In this document: positions 41,544 to 51,476 of the stretch, piece by piece
Layout of the letters: every line of letters starts with the position of its first letter
How positions within the stretch are numbered: the first letter of the stretch is position 1
Assembly (NCBI GenBank): GCA_963765675.1
Contig: CAVXXK010000001.1
Coordinates: 576,001-640,000, forward strand
Direction of reading: 5' to 3'
DNA length: 64,000 nucleotides
From: an uncultured delta proteobacterium
Lineage (GTDB): Bacteria; Desulfobacterota; Binatia; Binatales; Binataceae
Notes under the pieces: generated by a model
What the model was told of the DNA's origin: nothing
Seen by the model: only the letters and a program-made list of their open reading frames with translations
The model's database searches: none
Translations under genes and position numbers: made by a program

Positions 41544-42191
41544 TCACCGAACCAGCTGCGCGAGCGTTGCGGCGCCGGTGTTGCGGCCGCGACCATCGCG
41601 CGATCCGGCTTCCTCGAGTTGCCCGCGCTCGACCAGTATGCGCCAGAGCTGCTTCGGATCGGCGCTGAAGACCGCGGAGGCATCCACCGGCTCGACGTAC
41701 CACGCGCCGTTCTGGATCTCGCCGCGCAACTGTAGCGGCAGCCACTGCGCGCGCCCGTAATAGACATGCATCGAGTCAGGCGCGGGATTGCCCTTGATAA
41801 ACGCCGTGACCGACGCCCGATCGCCGATCCAATAGAGATCTCCCACGACCGCGGTCGCGCCCGCCGGCGCAGTAGTCGCTCGCGCCAGCACGACCGGCGC
41901 ATTCATCTCGACCGGACCGCCGAAGTACGCGGTCACGTCGCCCAGCCGCTGCGGTGTGTCGGGCAACAGCGCACTAATCGGGATGGTGGTCGGCTGATTG
42001 ATAATCACGCCGGCCATCAGCGGCGGCTCGCCGCCGGGCAGCAGCAGGATGACCGATTGCGCGAAAACCGGATCGTCGAGTTCGGGGGTCGCGACCAGCA
42101 GCGAGGGTACGACCAGTGGAGGCTGCGCATGCGCTGGTGCTGCGAAGCCATCGGCACAGAGCACAATGATGACCGCGGCCACCCAGCGCAT
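41544..42191 (-). CDS. YqgE/AlgH (DUF179) family protein with an apparent signal peptide
   Basis: LLVATPEL.DP.F..SVILL, GVIINQP, YFGGPV, G.AQW...QL.GEI..GAW. Start uncertain (42191-42287). Confidence 0.8.
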   Translation of the reverse strand: MRWVAAVIIVLCADGFAAPAHAQPPLVVPSLLVATPELDDPVFAQSVILLLPGGEPPLMAGVIINQPTTIPISALLPDTPQRLGDVTAYFGGPVEMNAPVVLARATTAPAGATAVVGDLYWIGDRASVTAFIKGNPAPDSMHVYYGRAQWLPLQLRGEIQNGAWYVEPVDASAVFSADPKQLWRILVERGQLEEAGSRDGRGRNTGAATLAQLVR

Positions 42192-42312
42192 CGCGCGCGC
42201 CCGGACGGTCTTGCTATTTCCTAATGGTGATCGCGGGAACATCCAGTCACCGGCCGACACCTTGAGGCTTAAGAGGAAAGGCGTCACCGCGTCAAGGCTT
42301 TCTGATCGCCAC

Positions 42313-42352
42313 AGACGCGAAGGCCCGGAATCACTCCCGGGCCTTCGCGTCT
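42313..42352. terminator. Strong hairpin after the sedolisin gene (terminator-like)
   Basis: 16-bp perfect stem AGACGCGAAGGCCCGG/CCGGGCCTTCGCGTCT; U-tract is weak. Confidence 0.6.
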
Positions 42353-42387
42353 ATCAGGGTTCAGAACCGAACTTCATTTCTGTCGGA

Positions 42388-45300
42388 TCATTTTGGCGTC
42401 TTGCCTGCGCCCTTCAGAGCTACACTCTGGCCAAAGGCCGGCTCGAGGTTATCCTTGATCATCAGGGTGCCTTCGTACTTGGTCGCCTGTGTCGGGGTGA
42501 AGGTCACCGAAACTTCGCAAGTGCCGGGCTTGACTCCTTTGGACCGCGGACCCAGATCGTCGTCATCGCAGGCCTGACTGATACTGAACGGGCTGGCCGC
42601 GCCGGATTCCGATTCGATCAGAATAGGCACGGGGTGTTTCTTTTTGGTGATCTTGCCGCGGTTGGTTATGTGGACCTCCTTGACCTTGCTCGATCCGACC
42701 TCGACGGTGCCGAAGTTGAGCGTCTTCGGCGCGACGCGAAGCTTGCCCGCGACCGGAGTCGGCGTCGCGGTTGGCGTGGCCGTGCGCGTGGGACCGGCCG
42801 CCGGCGCAACGACGTTGAAGCCCGTCGAGGCGTTCGACGCGACGTATTGCGAGGTTCCAGCGAAGCTTGCGCTGAGCGTCTTCGTTCCCGCGGCGCCAGT
42901 GCTCGCCGCGCAGGTCGCGATACCGCTCGCGTTGGTGGTCCCGCCGCAACTCGAGCCACCAAGCAAAAAGCTAATCGATTGGCCCTCGAGGGGAACTTGC
43001 GGATTGGAAGAGACATCGGTCAGCGATGCGACCAGATTAACCGACTGATTCGGCGATCCCGTGGTGGGGCTGGGATTGAGACTCATGAAGGTCACATCCT
43101 TCCCCGGTCCCCAGGTAACCACCGCTTGATTTGAGGTAACGGTCGTGTCGGCGAGCGCCGCCGCCGCGGTAATCGTATCGACGCCCTGATGGGTAGCCAC
43201 GTAGGTAAAGGACGCCTGACCGCTCGAGTTGGTCAAACCCTGTTGGGTCTGAGGATTTGCGCCCGTCACAAAGAATTGGACGGAAGTGCCCGTCGGCACT
43301 GTGGCGTAGTGGAACGTCGCGGTGAAGGTCTGTCCCGTGCCCTGCGCCGGGCTGGGCACAACCGTTGCCGGGCTCAGCACCAGCGACGCGGCCGGATTTG
43401 CCGCTGCGTAATTACATCCACCGCTCGCGTCGGTGATCCTGAAAACGCCGACGCCTTGTCCCGCGTAGAGGCACCCATCAGGTCCGGGCACTATTACCCA
43501 AGCGGTTCCCTTGGAGATCAGATTCGTACCGACGCTCGGCGGCGTGGTGGTCAAATCCACCTGACTGGTGCCGATCGGAGCGGTCCCGACGGCCGGCGGC
43601 GCGAGGGTCAGAAATTGAGCGTCGCCGTTTCCCTGTACCCCCTGCGCGAAGAGCCCGAGATTATTCATCGTGACGCCGGAAAGCAGCGTGACCACCGGAG
43701 TAGGCGGACCGTCGGTGCCGGTAACCTGGGCAACGCCGCCGTCCGACCAGACATACATTGTTCCGTTCGGCGTGAAACTGATGTTGGCGTTCGGAGTATT
43801 CGGCAGTTGAGCATAAACGGAAACCGTAGGCGACGCGCCCGATGGATCCGAGATACGCCACAGATCGGTGTTATCCGATCCCGCGCCGCTGCATGAATCT
43901 CCTACAAACAAATCTCCGCTCAGCGGATCGATCGAGATAAAAGAGGGGCAGGTAAGGTTCGACGCCACATTCCGGATTACCGCCCCGGTCGAAGGATCGA
44001 TCTGCAGCACTGCCCCGGTGTTGAAACCTCCCGTAGTGGCGCTTCGCCCGGCGTAGAGGTTTCCGCCCGAGTCCACCGCCAGGCCGAACACAGCCGGTCC
44101 AATCGGTGTCGGCGTGACGAGCGTGCTGGCGCCGGCGGCGCCGCCACCGGGAGGAATTTTGTAGATATTCCCGGTTGACGCTTCGGATACGTAAAGATTC
44201 CCCGACGAGTCGAACGCCAAACCGCCCACCCCCGGGCATCCGCCAAAGTTGACATCACCGTAGAAGAAATTGGCGGCAAGGACGCCGTTCACATAGGTGT
44301 TGGCCAGAAATCCCGGCGCCGGGACCGGATTGCCGTTGCCGCATCCGTTTTCAGGTCCATTGACGAATTGAACCGTTCCAGTCTCAGGGAACGGCAGATT
44401 GCCGTCGGTCGCGTCCACCGCGGAATAGGTTACCGTCTCCGGAACTTGGTCGGTCGCGGTGAACACCACAATCCCGCTACTGTTGGTCACACTGGGATTC
44501 GGTCCCACAATCGCGGAACTACCCGTGCCCTGGGTCAAGTTGATCAGCTTGCCGGGTGTCGGACGTCCCAGAGAGTCCGTGAGGGTAATCGTAATCGTGG
44601 TCGTGGTTACGCCGTCGGCGGTGACCGAATTGGGGAACGCGTTCAGCCCGGCCGACGCTGCGGGTGGCGTCACGAATGCGAGTGACGGTTGCGCGGCGAG
44701 CGGCACGCCGTCGCTGGTGTCAGTCGCAGTGAGAGTGACGCTCTCTGCGGTCAAGTCGGTGACCTGGAACGTCACATTGCCGTTCGAGTCTGAGACCCCG
44801 CTCGCCGGCGAGATCTGGGCACTTCCGGTCGCGGTTAGCGTAACGGATTTCCCAGCCACCGGGATGCCGTTGCTATCGTACAACGATACCAGGGTCAGTG
44901 CGGCCGTCGTGCCGTCATTGGGCTCGCCGATAGGGCCGATCGCGCCGGCAGGCTGCACACCGTTTTGCAGGTACGGCGCAACCGCGGACGCGGACGCGCT
45001 GACCGACCCGGGCGATTGCATTGTCAACGCGCTGTAGAGCTCGCTCAGATCGGGAGAGCCCAATCCGACGTGAGTGAAATCGCTACCCAGCGACGCCGCG
45101 TTGTGGAAAGCCGCGGTGGCCGAGAGCGAATAAAGTTCGGGATTGAAGAATCCCACATTCTGGCCCACCCCCTGATTGAGCAGCGCCGTATATGCGGCCC
45201 ACTCCGGAGCAGCGAGGCTGGTTCCACCGTACTGCAGCCCGTTAGGACATCCGCCGTTATCCGCCTGGCAGATCTGAACACCATGGAACGGATCGGCGTT

Positions 45301-46884
45301 CGCAACCACATCGGGAACCATTCGCATGCTCGAGCCTGTCAGTACGTGTTGATAGCTCGGGGCTGCAAAAAACTTGCTGGTGCCGAATCCGCCCTGTCCT
45401 GCCGGCGGCGTGGTGTTCGCGTCGTTCCACCAGGTTTCGGTGCCGTAAGTGAAGCCGGGACCCGGCGTAAGTGAACTACCGCCGACCGCGGTCGCATTGG
45501 GAGAGTCCGCCGGAACGGCCACTGTGTTCGGGCTGCCGTCGAGGCAGGTGCTGCCGCTATCTCCGGAGCCGTTGAAGATGGTGATGTTGGATGCGGCGGC
45601 ATTCTGAAAGATCGTGTCGATGCTGTCGACGTCGGCGGCGGTGGTCTGGTCCTCGCAATAGGCCCAACTGTTACTGATGATCGAAACGCCATCGTTGATC
45701 ATCTTGTTGAAGACGGCCTGGAAACTGCTCCCGGCGCCGCCGAATGGCGCGTCGTAAACTACCACCTTGGCTCCGGGCGCGACCGCCGTCACCGCGTCGA
45801 TATCGAGCAGCACCTCGTCCTCGCCGGAACCGATTGTGGCGCCGCCGTTAACATTCACCTCGCTGATATTATTGATCTGGGTGTCCGGCGCTCCGATCAA
45901 AGCAAGAAAATCGGTGACATCGCTCATATTGAAATTGTCGAACTCAACCAATCCAACCGTCTGGCCGGTACCATCGACGGATTGCCACGGGGAGGCCGGA
46001 TCAGAGGCCGGGATGGAGCCGTTGCCCTTATGCTGCGCCGATGTAAGTTCGATCTGAGGCGGTGACAGAGAGGGCGATGGCGATGTTGAGTTGCAGACAT
46101 TGGGTACGGGAAGGCGACGGCTATATCCGGCCGCTGCTGCTTGTGTGTTGAAGCAGACCGCGAGGTCTTTGAGAAAACATGCCCGATACGCGGCGGGGTC
46201 GTTAATCGTACCGATCGCCTGGATGGAAGCGATGACAGCGCAAACCGCAAGAAATAACGCCTCCCGCTCCGGCTTTGGCGCGGCGTAACTCGAGAGGCCG
46301 CTGATAGCCAGCACCCGCGAGGCGATCGTTTCAGGCAGCGCGGGGGCGGCTTGATTCGCAAAAAAACTTTGCTTTCCGATTCGATAGTCGCCGATATTCA
46401 CGTCGAACGCGCGCTCGGCGTCGCCGCGCGTGCCGGCGACGGTTATCGTCAGCCGATTCTTTGAGCCCTCGATCAGGCGAAATCCGTTCGCGCGCAAATA
46501 GGCGAGCACCGAGTCGTAATCATCGCGGCTGGGTCCGAACCGATCTGCGATTTGCCGCTGGGTAAGATAGTGATGGAAATTTTTCGAATGCGGATCGCGA
46601 AGTTCTTTAAGATAGATGTCGAATGCCGATTGTTTATCGCGCCGGAGCACAATCGTCAGCGTTATCGGCTGGGCGTCTTCTTTCGCCAGATGTGACTTGT
46701 TGCCCGGCGTCGAAATCGCGGTTGCCTCCGACAATACCGGCAGCACATGTCCCGGCAGCCGAACCATCGCAGTGGTTGTACGCGTATCGGTACCAGGCAT
46801 CGCAGATGAAACGGCGGCTTGAGCAGGCGGTACAATAATCAACAACAATGGTAAGAGCAGGGCCGACTTAATCCAGCGATACAT
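42388..46884 (-). CDS. Secreted multidomain S53 (sedolisin/kumamolisin) protease: signal peptide, pro-domain, catalytic domain, invasin-type Ig domains, beta-propeller, C-terminal ASH/Ig-like domain
   Basis: Pro-domain YLT..Q...RFGPS; catalytic EVLLD, ISNSW, SGDSG, PDV, GGTSLAAP; repeated GxSDSNG.VTF Ig units; GLAFD/GLAVD blades; P.TLNFG.V..G and CEVSVTFTP. Confidence 0.88.
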   Translation of the reverse strand: MYRWIKSALLLPLLLIIVPPAQAAVSSAMPGTDTRTTTAMVRLPGHVLPVLSEATAISTPGNKSHLAKEDAQPITLTIVLRRDKQSAFDIYLKELRDPHSKNFHHYLTQRQIADRFGPSRDDYDSVLAYLRANGFRLIEGSKNRLTITVAGTRGDAERAFDVNIGDYRIGKQSFFANQAAPALPETIASRVLAISGLSSYAAPKPEREALFLAVCAVIASIQAIGTINDPAAYRACFLKDLAVCFNTQAAAAGYSRRLPVPNVCNSTSPSPSLSPPQIELTSAQHKGNGSIPASDPASPWQSVDGTGQTVGLVEFDNFNMSDVTDFLALIGAPDTQINNISEVNVNGGATIGSGEDEVLLDIDAVTAVAPGAKVVVYDAPFGGAGSSFQAVFNKMINDGVSIISNSWAYCEDQTTAADVDSIDTIFQNAAASNITIFNGSGDSGSTCLDGSPNTVAVPADSPNATAVGGSSLTPGPGFTYGTETWWNDANTTPPAGQGGFGTSKFFAAPSYQHVLTGSSMRMVPDVVANADPFHGVQICQADNGGCPNGLQYGGTSLAAPEWAAYTALLNQGVGQNVGFFNPELYSLSATAAFHNAASLGSDFTHVGLGSPDLSELYSALTMQSPGSVSASASAVAPYLQNGVQPAGAIGPIGEPNDGTTAALTLVSLYDSNGIPVAGKSVTLTATGSAQISPASGVSDSNGNVTFQVTDLTAESVTLTATDTSDGVPLAAQPSLAFVTPPAASAGLNAFPNSVTADGVTTTTITITLTDSLGRPTPGKLINLTQGTGSSAIVGPNPSVTNSSGIVVFTATDQVPETVTYSAVDATDGNLPFPETGTVQFVNGPENGCGNGNPVPAPGFLANTYVNGVLAANFFYGDVNFGGCPGVGGLAFDSSGNLYVSEASTGNIYKIPPGGGAAGASTLVTPTPIGPAVFGLAVDSGGNLYAGRSATTGGFNTGAVLQIDPSTGAVIRNVASNLTCPSFISIDPLSGDLFVGDSCSGAGSDNTDLWRISDPSGASPTVSVYAQLPNTPNANISFTPNGTMYVWSDGGVAQVTGTDGPPTPVVTLLSGVTMNNLGLFAQGVQGNGDAQFLTLAPPAVGTAPIGTSQVDLTTTPPSVGTNLISKGTAWVIVPGPDGCLYAGQGVGVFRITDASGGCNYAAANPAASLVLSPATVVPSPAQGTGQTFTATFHYATVPTGTSVQFFVTGANPQTQQGLTNSSGQASFTYVATHQGVDTITAAAALADTTVTSNQAVVTWGPGKDVTFMSLNPSPTTGSPNQSVNLVASLTDVSSNPQVPLEGQSISFLLGGSSCGGTTNASGIATCAASTGAAGTKTLSASFAGTSQYVASNASTGFNVVAPAAGPTRTATPTATPTPVAGKLRVAPKTLNFGTVEVGSSKVKEVHITNRGKITKKKHPVPILIESESGAASPFSISQACDDDDLGPRSKGVKPGTCEVSVTFTPTQATKYEGTLMIKDNLEPAFGQSVALKGAGKTPK

Positions 46885-47125
46885 TTGCTTCCCCCCTGAC
46901 TGGTGGTCTCGAGCGATTGCTACTGACAACCGGATCAAGCCTCTCTCGCGAAAACACTGTTGGCTCATCAAACTTGGTCAGCTCCAGGAATTGCGTAAGA
47001 CCGCATCTGTATCGCGGAGATACTTAACGTCGCAACGGAACAACGTGAAATTGAAGGGTACAAATCGCGTGGGCGCAAATTTTCACCCACGTCGCAATCT
47101 GGCTATTGGCGAATTAAGGTTCGGC

Positions 47126-50100
47126 TTAGTTCAGCGAGCCGGGCGAATCGGACACATGCCATCTGATCGGATGGACGGGATCTGGCTTATACACACACGA
47201 ATAGCCAGTATGAATACTAATCGCGAGATTGTGGCCGACTGAGATATCCAGCGCGCGTATCTTCCGGATAGCGGCCTTGATCGCCTTGGTCACCATTACA
47301 CGCGAATGTCCGGGTGAGGCGTCGAAACTGCCGCCAGCGCCCAACGCCCTGCGCGCGTTCAATCCGGCCGCCAGCGATCCAATTCGCGCCAGCTCCTCGG
47401 CAGCGACGCCCTTGCCCGGCCGCGCGAGCAGATGCGCCAGGTAGAGCAGACCCTTGGTGCTGCGCAGGCGCATCTCGACGCAGCCCAGCGCGACAGTCCA
47501 ATAGTCGCCTTCGCAGCGGAAGGCGCCTTCGACCGGCTCCGGTTCGCTGATCCCTGATCTATCGGCGGGAACCCCGCGGTGGCCCTTGGAGCGCCCTCGC
47601 GCGGCGTTCACCTTCTCGATCCATACTGCGCCGGCGCCGTGGCGCTGGTATATCTCCTGCGCGGCATCGAACTGCTCTGACGCGCGCGAGAGCGCACCGG
47701 CAGCGAGCAGCGCGGAGCCCCACACGTGATGCGTCTGTGCCAGGTCCCACGGCAGATCGTAGCGGCCGAAGATTTCGAGCGCGCTGGTGAATTGGCGCTC
47801 GGCTACATCACGATTACCCTCGGCCGCGGCGGCCATCGCCTCGGCAAGGGCGACGCGTCCGAATAGTCCGCGGAAGTCTTCGCCACCCGCGATAATCTCG
47901 CGGCATCGCGCCAGATGGCTGCGGGCGCCATCGGACCGCCCGCGCAAAGTCGCGATCAACGCCGCTTGGGCGTGGGCATTCAGCGCGTACGGGATGTGCG
48001 GCCCTTCGATTGCTGCCAGCAGTGTCACCTGGTTCATCGCCTCGGCGCCCGCCAGGTCACCGACCGCCAGGCATACCAGTCCCTGGAAATAGGCGTAGAC
48101 CGTTTCGCCGTCGCGGCTTCCGGCTGCGCGCATCGCGTCGCGGCTTTCGTCAAGCAGAGCCGCCGCGCGTTCCCAATCTCCCTCGTAGAGCAGGATAAAA
48201 GCTTCAACGACGGCGCGCGGCGATTCGGCGAGCAACTCCTTGGCGCGCGCAAGCTGGCCGCGAAAAACGAACCCAAATGCCATTTCCTGGATCAGCACGC
48301 GGCGCTGAAAGATCGCCTGAGCCATCCGGGGCCGCGCAAGTTCCCGCGCGAACCAGCGCTGGCCCTCGCGCGGGTCCCACAGCGCGAGCGGATGGTAGCC
48401 GCCGCTCCACGCGGTCTCGAATGCGCCGTCCAAATTGTTCAGCCGATCCGCACGGTGCCACGCGTCGTCCATCAGCGCACGAGCTTCGGCCAGCCTGCCA
48501 CTGTGGAACAGATGGTCCGAATGGTGCGCCGCCGCGCGAATCCATAACGCTTCCTCTCCAAGATGCGTCGCTATCTCCATCGCGCGATGCGAAGCCGCCA
48601 GCCCTTCCTGCGTGTGCTGCGCCTGCATGGCGACCTGCGCCAGCCCCGTGTAGAGCCAGATCTGTGATTGGCTGTCGGGGAGCTCACGTAGCACCAGTTC
48701 GGCCTGCCGATATTGCGCCATCGCGCGCGGAATGTTCATCGCAGGCGAACGTTGCGAGAACATCAGCCCCAGCCGCGCGTGCAGATGGGCCGCTTCGATC
48801 GGCATCGCGGCGGCCTCGTAGATTTTCGCTGCGCGCTCGACACATTCGATTCCGCGCGGATGGTCAAACTCGGTTATCGAGTAGGCATCGCCGAGCCGTT
48901 CGAGAATCCGCGCCAGCCGCGGCGGATCGGCCGCTCCGCGCTCGGCGAGCGTCAGCGCGGTTTGCCAGTGATGCGCCGCGCGCTCGTAGGCGAAAGCCGA
49001 AAATGCCGCCTCGCCGGCCGCGATCGCGTACTGGATTGCTTTATCGCTCGAGCCGCCCGGCGCCGCCGCGACCGCGTGATAAGCGATCTGCTCCAGATGC
49101 ATCGCCGTCTCGCAGCGATAGAGATTCTCGAGCACGCAAAGGATTTCCGCATGCAGCCGCGCCCGGCTGCTGAGATCCAGATCCTGATACACCACTTCGC
49201 GGATCAGTGCGTGGCAGAAGCGGTAGCGGTCCGGGCCGTCCGGCATCAGGACGCCCGCGGCAATCGCGCGATCGAGCACGCGCAGCAGCTCTTCGGGCGC
49301 AAGACTGGTCGCACGTTCGAGCACCGCTCCTTCGCACTGGATGCCCAGAGCGGCGGCGACGCAGAGCGTCGCCCGCACAGGAGCCTCAAGCGCGCTCAGG
49401 CGTCCGCGAATCGACGCGCGCACGCTTTCAGGAACAAGGAATTCCGCGCGGCGAGCCGCGCCGTTGCCGGCGCGCGTCAAGTTCATCGCGCGCATCACTT
49501 CGGTGACAAAGAACGGATTGCCCCCAGTGGTCTGGTATAGCGTCGAAACGAATTTCCCGTCGGGAGCGCATCGGGCTCCGCCTGCGACCACTTGGGCGAC
49601 TTCGGCTTCGCTCAAGCCGGCGAGCGGGAGTTGCCGTCCGCTGCGATACAGATCGGAAATCACGCGGACCATCGCCTCGGAACCGCGCACCTCGGCGTCG
49701 CGATAGGTGGCGACGATCATCAGCGGAGCGTCATGAATCTCACGCACCGCAAACCGCAGCATCAGCCACGAGGTTTCGTCGGCGTCATGCAGATCGTCAA
49801 GCACGACCATCAGCGGATGTTCGTGCGCGAAACTGGCCACCAGCGTCGCGAATCCCTCGAACAGCCGGAACCGCGATTGCTGGGCATCCTCTTTGGCTTC
49901 GACCGGCGCTTCCGCGGCGACCGCAGTCGATTCTCCCAAGAGCCGTGCGATCTCAGGCGCGGCGGCACCCAGCCGTTCTGTGTCGAAGCCGCCGCCGATA
50001 AGAGCGCGCGCGACCTGGCTCATCGGCCAATAGGGCGGCGCTCCTGCTCCTTCGCAGCATCGCCCCCACACCGCGAGCATCCCGCGAGAGGCAGCCTCGG

Positions 50101-50281
50101 CGGCGATTTCGGTGGCGATTCGGGTTTTGCCGATTCCCGCTTCTCCGGTCAAAAAAAAGATTTGGGTTCGTCCCGCCAGAGCATCGGTCAGGCCCGCACG
50201 CAGCTCGGCCATCTCGCGGCCGCGGCCCACGAATTGGGTTTGGCGAAATCCAGTTTCCGATTCGACCGATGCGAGCACCAA
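47126..50281 (-). CDS. STAND-type AAA ATPase with TPR-like helical region and C-terminal putative DNA-binding domain
   Basis: FVGR, GEAGIGKT (Walker A), VVLDDLH (Walker B), TGGNPFF, YRF.HALIR; C-terminal KGLLYLAHLL..PG and VTKAIK.AI..I...TG..C.Y.P. Confidence 0.85.
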   Translation of the reverse strand: MVLASVESETGFRQTQFVGRGREMAELRAGLTDALAGRTQIFFLTGEAGIGKTRIATEIAAEAASRGMLAVWGRCCEGAGAPPYWPMSQVARALIGGGFDTERLGAAAPEIARLLGESTAVAAEAPVEAKEDAQQSRFRLFEGFATLVASFAHEHPLMVVLDDLHDADETSWLMLRFAVREIHDAPLMIVATYRDAEVRGSEAMVRVISDLYRSGRQLPLAGLSEAEVAQVVAGGARCAPDGKFVSTLYQTTGGNPFFVTEVMRAMNLTRAGNGAARRAEFLVPESVRASIRGRLSALEAPVRATLCVAAALGIQCEGAVLERATSLAPEELLRVLDRAIAAGVLMPDGPDRYRFCHALIREVVYQDLDLSSRARLHAEILCVLENLYRCETAMHLEQIAYHAVAAAPGGSSDKAIQYAIAAGEAAFSAFAYERAAHHWQTALTLAERGAADPPRLARILERLGDAYSITEFDHPRGIECVERAAKIYEAAAMPIEAAHLHARLGLMFSQRSPAMNIPRAMAQYRQAELVLRELPDSQSQIWLYTGLAQVAMQAQHTQEGLAASHRAMEIATHLGEEALWIRAAAHHSDHLFHSGRLAEARALMDDAWHRADRLNNLDGAFETAWSGGYHPLALWDPREGQRWFARELARPRMAQAIFQRRVLIQEMAFGFVFRGQLARAKELLAESPRAVVEAFILLYEGDWERAAALLDESRDAMRAAGSRDGETVYAYFQGLVCLAVGDLAGAEAMNQVTLLAAIEGPHIPYALNAHAQAALIATLRGRSDGARSHLARCREIIAGGEDFRGLFGRVALAEAMAAAAEGNRDVAERQFTSALEIFGRYDLPWDLAQTHHVWGSALLAAGALSRASEQFDAAQEIYQRHGAGAVWIEKVNAARGRSKGHRGVPADRSGISEPEPVEGAFRCEGDYWTVALGCVEMRLRSTKGLLYLAHLLARPGKGVAAEELARIGSLAAGLNARRALGAGGSFDASPGHSRVMVTKAIKAAIRKIRALDISVGHNLAISIHTGYSCVYKPDPVHPIRWHVSDSPGSLN

Positions 50282-50428
50282 TTCGGCCCCACTGTGGACG
50301 TGCGGTTCAAAGGCGGATCGTTACTGAATCCGCAGCGCACTTAATGATGGATTTATTTGATTTTCAGCGTTGTTTCCAGCGCTTTGAAGCTGTAGCACGC
50401 ACGAGTCAAAAAAACCCGCATCGATTGT

Positions 50429-51283
50429 CTAATTTTTTGCTGATTTGGCTAATTCTCTCATCGATTCCAATTTCGCTAATAATTCGTCCAATGCAATGAT
50501 GACCTTACCGGGAGAAGCAACCCGGAATTGAGCCCAACTGCGACCCGCGCCGCCTACCCTGATTGTTATGCCGTCTTCCTGAAGTTCGCGAAACGCGGCT
50601 TCATCGGTGGTGTCATCACCGAAATAGACAGGAATCGCCGTCTGGTCGCCGATCAATCTCTGGATCGTGCGCACTGCGGCGCCCTTGCCGCCGAGACCGC
50701 GCGGAATTGCTTCGTCGACCATCTTCCCGCGCAGGATCGCAACCCTGGGGCATCGCGTTTCGATCAATTCGCGCAAGCCTGCACGCACGACGGCTGCCGC
50801 CGCGGGTCTCGCGTTGCGATAATGAAGCGCAATCGCGGTCCGCTTGTCCTCGATCACAAAGCCGTCGCGCGGTCGCACTTCACGCTTCATCCATGCGCGA
50901 ATTTCTGCGATCTCGGCACGCGCCCGAATGCTCGCGCGCAGGGAGTGGCGCTTGCCGCGTGGATCGACGATCTCGATCCCATGGCTTCCCGCCATCCACA
51001 CTCCGGTTTCCGGCCGGAGCAGCGCGCGCAGTGTAGCCAAGTCGCGACCGCTGATAATCGCGACGGCGACCCGCTCCGGATACGCCGCGAGCGCGCGCAA
51101 TATCCGCCGCGCGTGCGGAACCGGACGAGCCTCGGCCGGATGGGCGGTGATCTCGGACAGGGTGCCGTCGTAATCAACGCATAAGAGAAGCTTTCGCTTT
51201 TGAATGATTCCCGGCAGAAGATTCGAAGGGAGCGGCTTCGGCACGGAGGTTGGCTGCGAAGGCTCTTGCGCGGAGGTTTTCAT
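50429..51283 (-). CDS. otsB: Trehalose-6-phosphate phosphatase
   Basis: HAD motifs DYDGTL, ISGR, GSHG, EDK...ALHYR, KG, GDDTTDE. Confidence 0.93.
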   Translation of the reverse strand: MKTSAQEPSQPTSVPKPLPSNLLPGIIQKRKLLLCVDYDGTLSEITAHPAEARPVPHARRILRALAAYPERVAVAIISGRDLATLRALLRPETGVWMAGSHGIEIVDPRGKRHSLRASIRARAEIAEIRAWMKREVRPRDGFVIEDKRTAIALHYRNARPAAAAVVRAGLRELIETRCPRVAILRGKMVDEAIPRGLGGKGAAVRTIQRLIGDQTAIPVYFGDDTTDEAAFRELQEDGITIRVGGAGRSWAQFRVASPGKVIIALDELLAKLESMRELAKSAKN

Positions 51284-51476
51284 TAGATGCGGGGGCGGCG
51301 CGAGGGCGAAGGATAAGAAAAATTGCTCCGCCTTCAGGGTCGGATCGGGCTATGATGTTGTCAAGGTACCCTATGCGGGACGCATGGCGCAGCAATATCC
51401 ACTGCGTTGCACGATCGCGAGACCGCGCAGTATTCTTTTCACGCCGTTGCGATGGGCCAGAATCGTGGAAGCCCCT

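Noticed and set aside
47126-50281. Avs/NLR-like antiphage STAND system with a protease effector
   Set aside because: There is no N-terminal effector domain, the architecture matches regulator-type ATPases, and the neighbouring protease is secreted.
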